From assembly GCA_041665025.1 (NCBI GenBank), contig JBAYJP010000002.1, positions 128,691-192,690 on the forward strand: a stretch of 64,000 nucleotides of DNA, written 5' to 3'. Numbering within the stretch: position 1 is the first letter of the stretch; each line of letters begins with the position of its first letter. Positions 57,505 through 64,000 of this stretch are shown here, in pieces. A program made the translations under genes and the position numbers. The notes beneath the pieces are model-generated. The model did not search any database and was not told the DNA's origin. It saw nothing but the letters and a program-made list of their open reading frames with translations. The DNA comes from Candidatus Magasanikiibacteriota bacterium. GTDB lineage: Bacteria > Patescibacteriota > Patescibacteriia > Magasanikbacterales > UBA922.

Positions 57505-57723
57505 ATGTTTATTTGTTTCTTTTTATAAACATAAAGAAGAACACAGCAATTCCAGCTATTGTCATCGCACCAATCGAAATGATAATACCCAGAAGTCCTT
57601 CCATAGTGCGTGTATTATAGCACAAACAAAAAATCCGCCCAGGGCGGATGATTTGTCCTTTCTTTGGCCAAAAGGTTGGGTGCCAGTTTTACGTGATGGC
57701 GCACGCGAGAGACGAACTCGCTA

Positions 57724-58146
57724 TTATTCGTCATCCTCCTTAAGCCTGAACCAACTGGCAGGCGTCATAAAATCTTCACTGCCCTTGAACCAGACAGCGT
57801 ATCCTCCTCGGCACCCTCCCACCCACCCAGATTTATCGACAACGAGCTGGCGGTCTGGCCCCGCATTTGTCAGTTGACTCACTCTGACTATGAAGTCGAC
57901 CGTGGCTTGATCAGGGTGGTGTTCGTTTGTGACCAGACATTCACCTACTCTGAAAGGTGCGAAGAAGTTGGCTACCAGTTGGAAAATGCGTTTTCGTTCC
58001 ACAGCAAGTGTCGCAAGAGCCAAGATCGCTATTCCCAATCCGATGGCTCGCGGCAGTGGAAGCATCAGTCCCAGGAACGAGCCGATAAATGTCCAGAAGC
58101 ACACCATGAACAAGTGAACCACAAAACGTTTTTCCGACTTCTTCAT
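57724..58146 (-). CDS. Membrane protein (2 TM + soluble domain) in a moderately GC-enriched islet
   Basis: RBS AGGGGG before ATG at 58146. Intrinsic terminator ATCCGCCC-TGG-GGCGGAT plus T-run at 57640-57665. Composition differs from the neighbours. Confidence 0.5.
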   Translation of the reverse strand: MKKSEKRFVVHLFMVCFWTFIGSFLGLMLPLPRAIGLGIAILALATLAVERKRIFQLVANFFAPFRVGECLVTNEHHPDQATVDFIVRVSQLTNAGPDRQLVVDKSGWVGGCRGGYAVWFKGSEDFMTPASWFRLKEDDE

Positions 58147-58359
58147 GGTACCCCCTATGGTTTGGGTGATCCGCATACTTCGTAGGAAATTACTTTTCCT
58201 CGAAGTGGGTTATGATCTTCTTTTTATATATATTTGTCAATATGTATTCATAATTAATTTATATATATTTATTTAAATTTAGATATTTTTTTAATAAATT
58301 TATAAATATGTAAACATATATTGACATAATTTACTTATTATTATATACTGATTTTTAGT

Positions 58360-59160
58360 ATGATTGAACAACTAAAAAATTTAGGTTTGGAAGAAAGCGA
58401 GGTTCAAGTTTATTTAGCCTTGCTTGAGCTTGGGCCCTCCAATGTGAGTGAAATTACTAAAAAGGCCGGTGTCACCCGAACTCTTGGCTATCATGTGCTT
58501 GAAAAATTAGGATGGTATGGACTCGTGGATCAAACCTCAAGCAAAGGAAAGAAAAAAATTTATTCTGCTCAACATCCGCATCGTTTACTTCAATTTGTTA
58601 AAAATAAAAAAAATGTATGGGATAGGAAAGTCAAGGATATAGAAAGCTACTTGCCAAATTTGGTTTCTTTATATAAAATTGCTGACAAGCCAACAGTCCG
58701 GTATCAAATGGGAGACGAAGGGCTAAAAAATATTTATATTGAAAATTTGGAATCAAAAACAGAGATATTATCTATCCTGGATGTTGACGGATGGGACGTG
58801 CCAGAATTTAGACAATTTGGAAAATGGTATATTAGAGAACGTGTTAAGAGAAAGATCCCAGAGAGAATTTTGATGCTCGAACGTGAGTCTGTTCATGAAT
58901 ATTACAATGATCCTTCCAAACTTACTGACTACAAGTGGATTAAATTTTCGCAATTACCTGGGATTTTAGATTTGGGTGGAGAAATTAATATATTTGAGAA
59001 TAAAGTGCTCATTGCAATAACAAAAAAGCCTAATAGGATGGGAATTTTGATTGAAAGTGAAGTTTTGGCGAATTTAATCAGAGCAATGTTCGAACTTGCT
59101 TGGCAAGTTGGTATTCCTGCAGACAGGAAAAGAAAAAAAGTTTTACGTAAAACAAAGTAA
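58360..59160 (+). CDS. TrmB-like transcriptional regulator (paralogue 3 of 3)
   Basis: LKNLGLEESEVQVYLALLELGPSNVSEITKKAGVTRTLGYHVLEKLGWYGLV. Confidence 0.7.
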   Translation: MIEQLKNLGLEESEVQVYLALLELGPSNVSEITKKAGVTRTLGYHVLEKLGWYGLVDQTSSKGKKKIYSAQHPHRLLQFVKNKKNVWDRKVKDIESYLPNLVSLYKIADKPTVRYQMGDEGLKNIYIENLESKTEILSILDVDGWDVPEFRQFGKWYIRERVKRKIPERILMLERESVHEYYNDPSKLTDYKWIKFSQLPGILDLGGEINIFENKVLIAITKKPNRMGILIESEVLANLIRAMFELAWQVGIPADRKRKKVLRKTK

Positions 59161-59161
59161 T

Positions 59162-59396
59162 GCCTCCATAGTTCAACGGATAGAACAGGCCCGTCCTACC
59201 TGCCCGCCATGGCCAGAGCCCCCGTAGTTCAACGGATAGAACAGATCCGTCCTAAGGATAAAATATATGTTCAATTCATATCGGGGGTACTGGCGATGGC
59301 AGGCGGGAGGACAAAATGTATGTTCAATTCATATCGGGGGTACTGGCGATGGCAGGCGGGAGGACAAAATGTATGTTCAATTCATACTGGGGGTAC
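59162..59396 (+). repeat. tRNA-derived repeat array: a partial 5' tRNA copy, one candidate intact tRNA, and 52-bp tandem repeats of its 3' end
   Basis: GCCTCCATAGTTCAACGGATAGAACAGG.. (partial). Then a full cloverleaf at 59218-59289. Then ATGTTCAATTCATATCGGGGGTAC + CTGGCGATGGCAGGCGGGAGGACAAAATGT repeated at 59267, 59319 and 59371. Confidence 0.55.
59218..59289 (+). tRNA. Candidate tRNA-Arg (CCU)
   Basis: Acceptor GCCCCCG/CGGGGGT (G1-U72). D-arm GTTC-AACGGATA-GAAC. Anticodon arm (G)ATCC-GTCCTAA-GGAT(A). T-arm ATATG-TTCAATT-CATAT. Weak 27-43 pair. Confidence 0.45.
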
Positions 59397-59901
59397 CAGT
59401 CTTCGCCTTCGTTCCTCAGGCTACGCCTGGCAAACTAAATTTATATTTGTGTAGACAGAAGTTGAAACTATCTAAAAGTACACAATATCGTATACAAAAT
59501 CCGGGCTTCGCTAAGCTACGCCGGACAAGCTAATATCTAATATAGATCGACTTGTCTGGTGTAATAAAGTGTAGCCGGGATTTTTTGTATAGAAATGTTC
59601 TACGTGGAACAGGCGAAGTTGAAAGTTGTAAAGTAAAAAGTTATAAAGTTTTAAAGTACCAATTTTTGAAGATCTTTATTTAATAGTGTGTTTTAATAAA
59701 AAGGAAAAGCATCAAAAGAGATTAAAATTTATCATTTTATAACTTTAAAACTACGGACTTTGTTTCACGGGGAACATATATTGATATTTTTATGTTGCAA
59801 ATATATGTATTTATAATAAAATAGCTAATTTATATATAAATATGATGTCGTACAATATATAGAATGGGAAAATAAGGTCTTTAAAATAAAATACTATAAT
59901 T

Positions 59902-59930
59902 TTGACATATCCCAAAGGAGTTGTTATAAT
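59902..59930 (+). promoter_or_regulatory. Consensus promoter of tRNA-Ala
   Basis: TTGACA-N17-TATAAT. Confidence 0.6.
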
Positions 59931-59951
59931 TTGGCTCGATAACATAAAATA

Positions 59952-60025
59952 GGGCCGTTAGCTCAGCTGGCTAGAGCGTCGCGATGGCATCGCGAAGGTC
60001 GCTGGTTCAAGCCCAGTACGGTCCA
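59952..60025 (+). tRNA. tRNA-Ala (GGC)
   Basis: Acceptor GGGCCGT/ACGGTCC with the G3-U70 Ala identity pair. Anticodon arm TCGCG-ATGGCAT-CGCGA. T-loop TTCAAGC. Confidence 0.85.
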
Positions 60026-60056
60026 CAAAAGGATTCCCTAAGCGTGGGGTCCTTTA

Positions 60057-60767
60057 TTGTATATTGCGCATGTAGAATGTCTGTGGTACAATTTACCACA
60101 TATGGATAGCTCTACAAAAAATCAAATTATAGAAATGAGGGAGAATGGAAATACATATTCTGAAATTAAAATGAAACTTGGCATACATATACCCAAAGGC
60201 ACTATTTCTTATATCTGTAAAAATGTCCAATTACCTAAAGGATATAAAGAAAAAGTTAAATTAATTAATGAAAAAAATTTATCAATCGCCCGAAGAAAGG
60301 CTTTGCAAGTAAATCAGGAAAAACAGAGAGAACTGTTACAAAATTTTTATATAAAAAATATAGGATTGAAAAAATTAATTGATAAAGATATTTCTAAATT
60401 GTTGCTCGCCTGTCTTTATTTAGCTGAAGGGGGTAAAACCCAAAAAGGATCAATAATGTTTGGAAATTCTGATAAACATATAATTAGTTTTTTTTTAAAA
60501 CTCTTGAGGGAGGCCTATTCGATTGATGAGAAAAAGTTTCGGTGTACTCTCCAATGTAGAGGAGACCAGGATATCAGGGTGTTGGAAAATTTTTGGTCGG
60601 CAGTTACTCAAATTCCCTTGAAACAATTTTATAAAGCACAGATTGACAGCAGAACCCTTGGAAAAAAGACAAATAAAGTAGAATATAAAGGCGTATGTAG
60701 GATAGATTATTTTTCTGCCAATATATTTCATGAATTGAATATAATCGGGAAAATAATTACTGAATAA
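60057..60767 (+). CDS. LAGLIDADG-family (single-motif) homing-endonuclease-like protein with an N-terminal HTH
   Basis: LLLACLYLAEGGK matches the LAGLIDADG motif. The gene starts 32 nt after tRNA-Ala. Likely start MDSSTKNQ (60102). Confidence 0.65.
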   Translation: MYIAHVECLWYNLPHMDSSTKNQIIEMRENGNTYSEIKMKLGIHIPKGTISYICKNVQLPKGYKEKVKLINEKNLSIARRKALQVNQEKQRELLQNFYIKNIGLKKLIDKDISKLLLACLYLAEGGKTQKGSIMFGNSDKHIISFFLKLLREAYSIDEKKFRCTLQCRGDQDIRVLENFWSAVTQIPLKQFYKAQIDSRTLGKKTNKVEYKGVCRIDYFSANIFHELNIIGKIITE

Positions 60768-60778
60768 AAAGTTTATTT

Positions 60779-61732
60779 ATGAAATTTACACAAAAATATT
60801 TTGGTTTGATTATCATTTTTTCTTTAGTTATCGGGCTTCTGTGTAAAAGCCCCGGTTTATTCTTTAAAGAACATCTAATTCTTATACTTGGCGTCATGAT
60901 GGCCTTGAGTAGTTTGAAAATTGACATGCGAGAATTAAAACATGTTCGGAGTGAGTGGTGGAAATATGTTGTAGTGCTTGTGTGTGTCTTTGGTTTATTC
61001 CCTTTGCTCTCGTTATTGGTCCGTCCATTTTTAAATGATCAATACTATATAGGTTTGCTGCTAGTTGTTGCAGTTCCTTGTGCGGTCTCTGTCGTTTTTC
61101 TATCTGATTTTCTGGGAGGAGACCCTTCCAAAGCTTTGGTTTCAACAACACTTGCACATTTGTTCAGTCCATTTGTTATGCCATTTATTATATGGATGCT
61201 TGCGCATAAGGATATTGGAGTAGACGTTATTGGAATGATGTGGTTTATTGCAAAAATAATTATTATTCCATTTGTTATTGCCCAGATAATTCGTACTCAG
61301 AAAAAATGGCATGACACGTTAGTTCCTTTTTCGAATTCGGTAAATACCTATCTATTGTTCATACTTATCTGGGGTATGACGGCGCCAGTGTCTCATTTGT
61401 TATTTACCAATGCAAAACAAGTGTTGATAATGCTTGTCATTAGTATTTTCATTGTATGTATTGCGGTATGTGTTGCTTTTGTGTTTGGTAGAAATAAAAA
61501 AGAACGTATTACCTGGGCAATATGTATGATGTATCGAAATTTGGGATTGTCTTCAGCTATTGCATTTACTATGTTTAATTCAACGGTCGCACTTGTGCCA
61601 GTGGTGTATACGTTTGTAGGAAATGCGGCGATTGCTATAATGCAATGGAAAACGGGAAAAAACGTCGAAGGCGGGTCTTTAAAATTTCAGAAAATTTTTA
61701 AATTTGTACATTCAAAATTGTTTAAAAATTAA
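60779..61732 (+). CDS. Bile acid:sodium symporter (BASS/ACR3-like) family membrane protein
   Basis: About 9 TM helices, arrangement typical of the BASS fold. Confidence 0.55.
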   Translation: MKFTQKYFGLIIIFSLVIGLLCKSPGLFFKEHLILILGVMMALSSLKIDMRELKHVRSEWWKYVVVLVCVFGLFPLLSLLVRPFLNDQYYIGLLLVVAVPCAVSVVFLSDFLGGDPSKALVSTTLAHLFSPFVMPFIIWMLAHKDIGVDVIGMMWFIAKIIIIPFVIAQIIRTQKKWHDTLVPFSNSVNTYLLFILIWGMTAPVSHLLFTNAKQVLIMLVISIFIVCIAVCVAFVFGRNKKERITWAICMMYRNLGLSSAIAFTMFNSTVALVPVVYTFVGNAAIAIMQWKTGKNVEGGSLKFQKIFKFVHSKLFKN

Positions 61733-61758
61733 AAATTCTAAATTTAAAATTAATCTTT

Positions 61759-62862
61759 ATGTTATCTATTGGAATAGTTGGGCTGCCAAACGTAGGGAAG
61801 TCAACATTGTTTAATGCGTTAACGCGTAGTAAGCAAGCCGATGCACAGAATTATCCTTTTTGTACCATTGAGCCAAATGTGGGTGTTGTTGAGGTGCCTG
61901 ACGATAGATTACAAAAATTATCTGATGTCTCTAACTCAAAAAAAATAATTCCAACCGCGATTCAGTTTGTTGACATCGCTGGTCTTGTTAAGGGTGCATC
62001 TGAGGGGCAAGGCTTGGGGAATCAATTTTTGTCTCACATACGCGAATGCGATGCCGTAGTACAGGTGGTGCGTTCATTTGAAGATGGAAATATTATTCAC
62101 GTAAACAATCGCGTGAATCCAAAAGAGGACGCAGACGTGATTAATTTAGAATTAATTCTTGCTGATTTGCAAACTGTTAGTAAGCGACATGACAACGCAA
62201 AACGAAATGCAAAGGGCGTTATTGAAAAAAAGACTAAGATTGAAATTGAAGTTTTGGAAAAAATAAAAATTCAGTTGGAAACTGAAAAACCAGCGCGTCT
62301 GTTGGAATTTAGTGAAGATGAGATTGAGGTTGTGCGTGATTTGCATTTGATAACCATGAAACCCATGCTTTATGTTTTGAATGTTGATGAACGAATAACG
62401 AACAATGAACAACTAACAACGAGCAGCGAATTTGAAAATAAATTGGAGTTGGCTGATGGTCGTTCGTTGATTGTTGTCAGTGCGAAGCTAGAATCAGAAT
62501 TGGCCGAGCTAAGTCCCGATGATGCGAAGGAATATATGAAAGAATTGGGTATGACAGAGACAGGATTGGATAAATTAATCGTAGCAGGGTACAAGCTGTT
62601 GGATTTGGTAACATATTTTACATCTGGCGAACCAGAGACGCGTGCGTGGACAGTAAAACAGGGGACGTGCGGACCTGACGCAGCTGGTGTCATTCATACA
62701 GATTTTATAAAAGGATATATAAAGGCAGATGTGGTGAATTGGAAAGATTTTGTTGAGGCCGGCGGGTGGAATAAGATAAAGGAAACAGGCAAAATGAAAT
62801 TGGTGGGAAAGGATTATGTCGTGGAGGATGGAGATGTGTGTTACTTTCATATAAGTACGTAA
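61759..62862 (+). CDS. ychF: Ribosome-binding ATPase YchF
   Basis: GIVGLPNVGKSTLFNALT P-loop, a coiled-coil insertion, and a C-terminal TGS domain. Confidence 0.9.
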   Translation: MLSIGIVGLPNVGKSTLFNALTRSKQADAQNYPFCTIEPNVGVVEVPDDRLQKLSDVSNSKKIIPTAIQFVDIAGLVKGASEGQGLGNQFLSHIRECDAVVQVVRSFEDGNIIHVNNRVNPKEDADVINLELILADLQTVSKRHDNAKRNAKGVIEKKTKIEIEVLEKIKIQLETEKPARLLEFSEDEIEVVRDLHLITMKPMLYVLNVDERITNNEQLTTSSEFENKLELADGRSLIVVSAKLESELAELSPDDAKEYMKELGMTETGLDKLIVAGYKLLDLVTYFTSGEPETRAWTVKQGTCGPDAAGVIHTDFIKGYIKADVVNWKDFVEAGGWNKIKETGKMKLVGKDYVVEDGDVCYFHIST

Positions 62863-62946
62863 CACGTATCACATAGCACATAACATTTACAAATTTTATA
62901 ATCTTCTAGTCTTACAATCTTTTAATCTTTCAATCCTCGTCAAGAT

Positions 62947-63960
62947 ATGAACCAAGTCGTGCATATTGCGAATAAAAAAGATTTTTTAAAAATGCGTTTT
63001 TTAATTACGCAGTATATTCGTGAGTTTTTTTGGTCAGAAGGTTTTCTCGAGGTGGAGACGCCAAGTATTTTGAAAACATCTGGGCAAGAACCAAACATAC
63101 AAGCAATGAAAGTTGTCGCGCATAATGAACGGCACGAATCTTTTCAAGGGTATTTGGCAACATATCCCGAATATACCATGAAAAAAATGATTGTGGCTGG
63201 GTTTGATAAGATATTTACGATTTGCAAAGCATTTCGAGATCATGAAAGTTTTGGTGGCACACATAATCCAGAGTTTACGATTATTGAATGGTATCGTAAC
63301 GGCAAAGATTTTTTTGCACTTATGGATGACATGGAGCACATGTTTCACTTTATTGCGAGACGTTTGGAAGAACAAGGATATCCTGTGCCGGCAAATTTAA
63401 AACAATCGTGGAAACGAAGTCCTATACCAGGATTATGGAAACAATATGCTGAAGTAAATCTTGATAATTATTTAGATAAAGATTCAATGTATCAATTGTG
63501 TGTAGAAAAGGGTTACAAGCCAGAAGCAGGCGAGAGCTATGAGGAATTATTTTATCGAATATTTTTAAATCATATTGAAAAGCACTTGGGGAATGACGGC
63601 CCAGAAATTATTTATCATTATCCTGCGCTCATGGCATCTCTGTCAAAACGATCAACTCGAGCCCCAGGGTATGCAGAGCGTTTTGAAGCATATTATAATA
63701 ATATCGAAATTGCGAATGGTTTTACCGAGCTTACGGACGCCGATGAACAGTTGAAACGTCTTGAAGCGGATAAAACAGAGCGTGCCCGGCTCAAATTAGA
63801 TGACTATGAAATTGACAATGAGTTCATCGATGCCGTGCACCAGCTTCCTGAATGCACGGGAAACTCTATGGGAATTGATCGTATTGTGCAGGTATTCACG
63901 GGTTGCAAAAATATAGATAATGTGATAGCATTGCCGATGTCTAGGATCTTTAATTCCTAA
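62947..63960 (+). CDS. epmA: Elongation factor P lysyl-transferase (truncated class II LysRS-like)
   Basis: 337 aa. Class II aaRS motifs FLEVETP, TIIEWY, GIDRI without an anticodon-binding domain. Confidence 0.7.
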   Translation: MNQVVHIANKKDFLKMRFLITQYIREFFWSEGFLEVETPSILKTSGQEPNIQAMKVVAHNERHESFQGYLATYPEYTMKKMIVAGFDKIFTICKAFRDHESFGGTHNPEFTIIEWYRNGKDFFALMDDMEHMFHFIARRLEEQGYPVPANLKQSWKRSPIPGLWKQYAEVNLDNYLDKDSMYQLCVEKGYKPEAGESYEELFYRIFLNHIEKHLGNDGPEIIYHYPALMASLSKRSTRAPGYAERFEAYYNNIEIANGFTELTDADEQLKRLEADKTERARLKLDDYEIDNEFIDAVHQLPECTGNSMGIDRIVQVFTGCKNIDNVIALPMSRIFNS

Positions 63961-64000
63961 ACTCGAAACCCTAAATTCTAAACAAATTCGAATTACCAAA

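Noticed and set aside
59209-59533. ORFs 59209-59454 and 59267-59533 over the tRNA-repeat array
   Set aside because: They are translations of tandem tRNA-derived repeats (Gly/Arg/Trp-rich), with no coding signal.

Overview
The window looks like part of a small AT-rich genome with short intergenic spacers and many minus-strand genes. The gene content is Patescibacteria/CPR-like: an LTD-repeat giant surface protein, a type IV pilus operon, ComM, three TrmB-like regulators and a DUF559 protein. The core includes the chromosomal origin neighbourhood (dnaN and dnaA diverging from rpmH-rnpA-yidD, with DnaA boxes and an AT-rich unwinding region). It also includes tig, an H+-pyrophosphatase, polA, holA, rpsT, rmuC, a pilBCMNO cluster with an RNA/DNA methyltransferase, transaldolase, PBP1A, ychF, epmA and several tRNAs. 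On top of this sit accessory and compositionally foreign insertions.

- **Integrated element, about 4.0-16.5 kb.** It starts at a tRNA-Gly(UCC) whose 3' half is overlapped by a large serine recombinase gene. It ends at a degenerate 21/23-nt copy of the tRNA 3' end (a 15-mer is perfect). It carries small hypothetical genes, an XRE/ImmA pair, secreted proteins, a TrmB regulator and repeated promoter-sRNA-terminator modules.
- **Very GC-rich two-gene cassette inside the element (about 11.93-14.54 kb).** It encodes an HD-motif protein and a MYG1/UPF0160-like hydrolase. It is transcribed from a consensus sigma70-like promoter located in AT-rich, host-like DNA. The MYG1-like gene is bracketed by two complete, same-strand type III hammerhead ribozyme cores (13190-13253 and 14478-14537). 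This ribozyme-delimited coding cassette is the most unusual feature of the window.
- **Smaller GC-rich islets.** One at 48.95-49.27 kb carries an 85-aa membrane protein. One at 52.6-53.4 kb carries a signal-peptide protein with a structured GC-rich leader. One at 57.65-58.2 kb carries a membrane protein.
- **Other signals.** An approximately 340-nt highly structured ncRNA candidate with a perfect promoter and terminator lies at 29.45-29.82 kb, next to a DnaA-box cluster. Two tRNA loci show duplicated tRNA fragments or tandem tRNA 3'-end repeats. A LAGLIDADG endonuclease gene sits beside tRNA-Ala. A palindromic 12-mer recurs at the rpmH promoter and as an 8-nt x4 tandem inside polA.

No CRISPR array or rRNA was seen.

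No search tools were run. All family names come from motif recognition, and all coordinates were counted by hand.
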